From IMG/VR virus record IMGVR_UViG_3300020043_005902, positions 1 to 32,901 of that record: DNA of 32,901 nucleotides. One strand, 5' to 3'. The notes beneath the pieces are model-generated. The model was not told the origin of the DNA. It was given only the letters and a program-made list of their open reading frames with translations, and searched no databases. The position numbers and the translations under genes were made by a program. Numbering within the stretch: position 1 is the stretch's first letter; each line of letters starts with the position of its first letter. Origin of the DNA: a virus (lineage: Duplodnaviria > Caudoviricetes). Below are positions 32,892-32,901 of the stretch, one piece after another.

Positions 32892-32901
32892 CGCAAAAAC
32901 T
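32056..32901 (+). repeat. Right arm (846 bp) of the diverged inverted duplication; ends at the window edge
   Basis: Starts with a 25-bp perfect match to the reverse complement of 31327-31351. Ends CCTTAACGCAAAAACT, the reverse complement of 30506-30521. Confidence 0.9.

Noticed and set aside
30506-32901. Duplicated portal segment as a DGR template/variable repeat pair
   Set aside because: Differences are not restricted to adenines, the repeat is far longer than a DGR repeat, and no reverse transcriptase is present.

Overview
This 32.9 kb window is most of a tailed dsDNA phage genome with siphovirus-like tail genes. No terminase, integrase or recognisable endolysin is present. Shine-Dalgarno-less A/C-rich leaders and the attC style suggest a Verrucomicrobiota/PVC host (inference). 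From left to right: (1) a GC-rich lambda-type head module on the - strand (gpW-like gene, portal, start of a next gene); (2) a + strand early accessory operon with two ABA-sandwich-like paralogues, an RHH protein, integron-type attC cassettes and a deleted P63C remnant; (3) a long - strand early/replication operon (DnaB-N/AAA_25 helicase, N4/N6 DNA methyltransferase, SNF2-like helicase, VRR-NUC nuclease, SF2 helicase, SSB-like protein, AAA_24 ATPase); (4) an intergenic region with a circularly permuted tRNA-like RNA; (5) - strand lysis, tail and head genes (short tape measure, P22-type coat, Mu-I-type protease); (6) a second, different portal present as an 846-bp diverged inverted duplication at the window end. 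The strongest unusual signals are an integrase-less attC array whose genes run opposite to the attC orientation and start and stop inside the attC sites (4381-5340), and a 71-nt permuted, anticodon-less tRNA cloverleaf with compensated tertiary pairs and its own terminator (17569-17639). Two unrelated portal modules on one contig are also notable. All family assignments come from motif recognition by eye; no searches were run.
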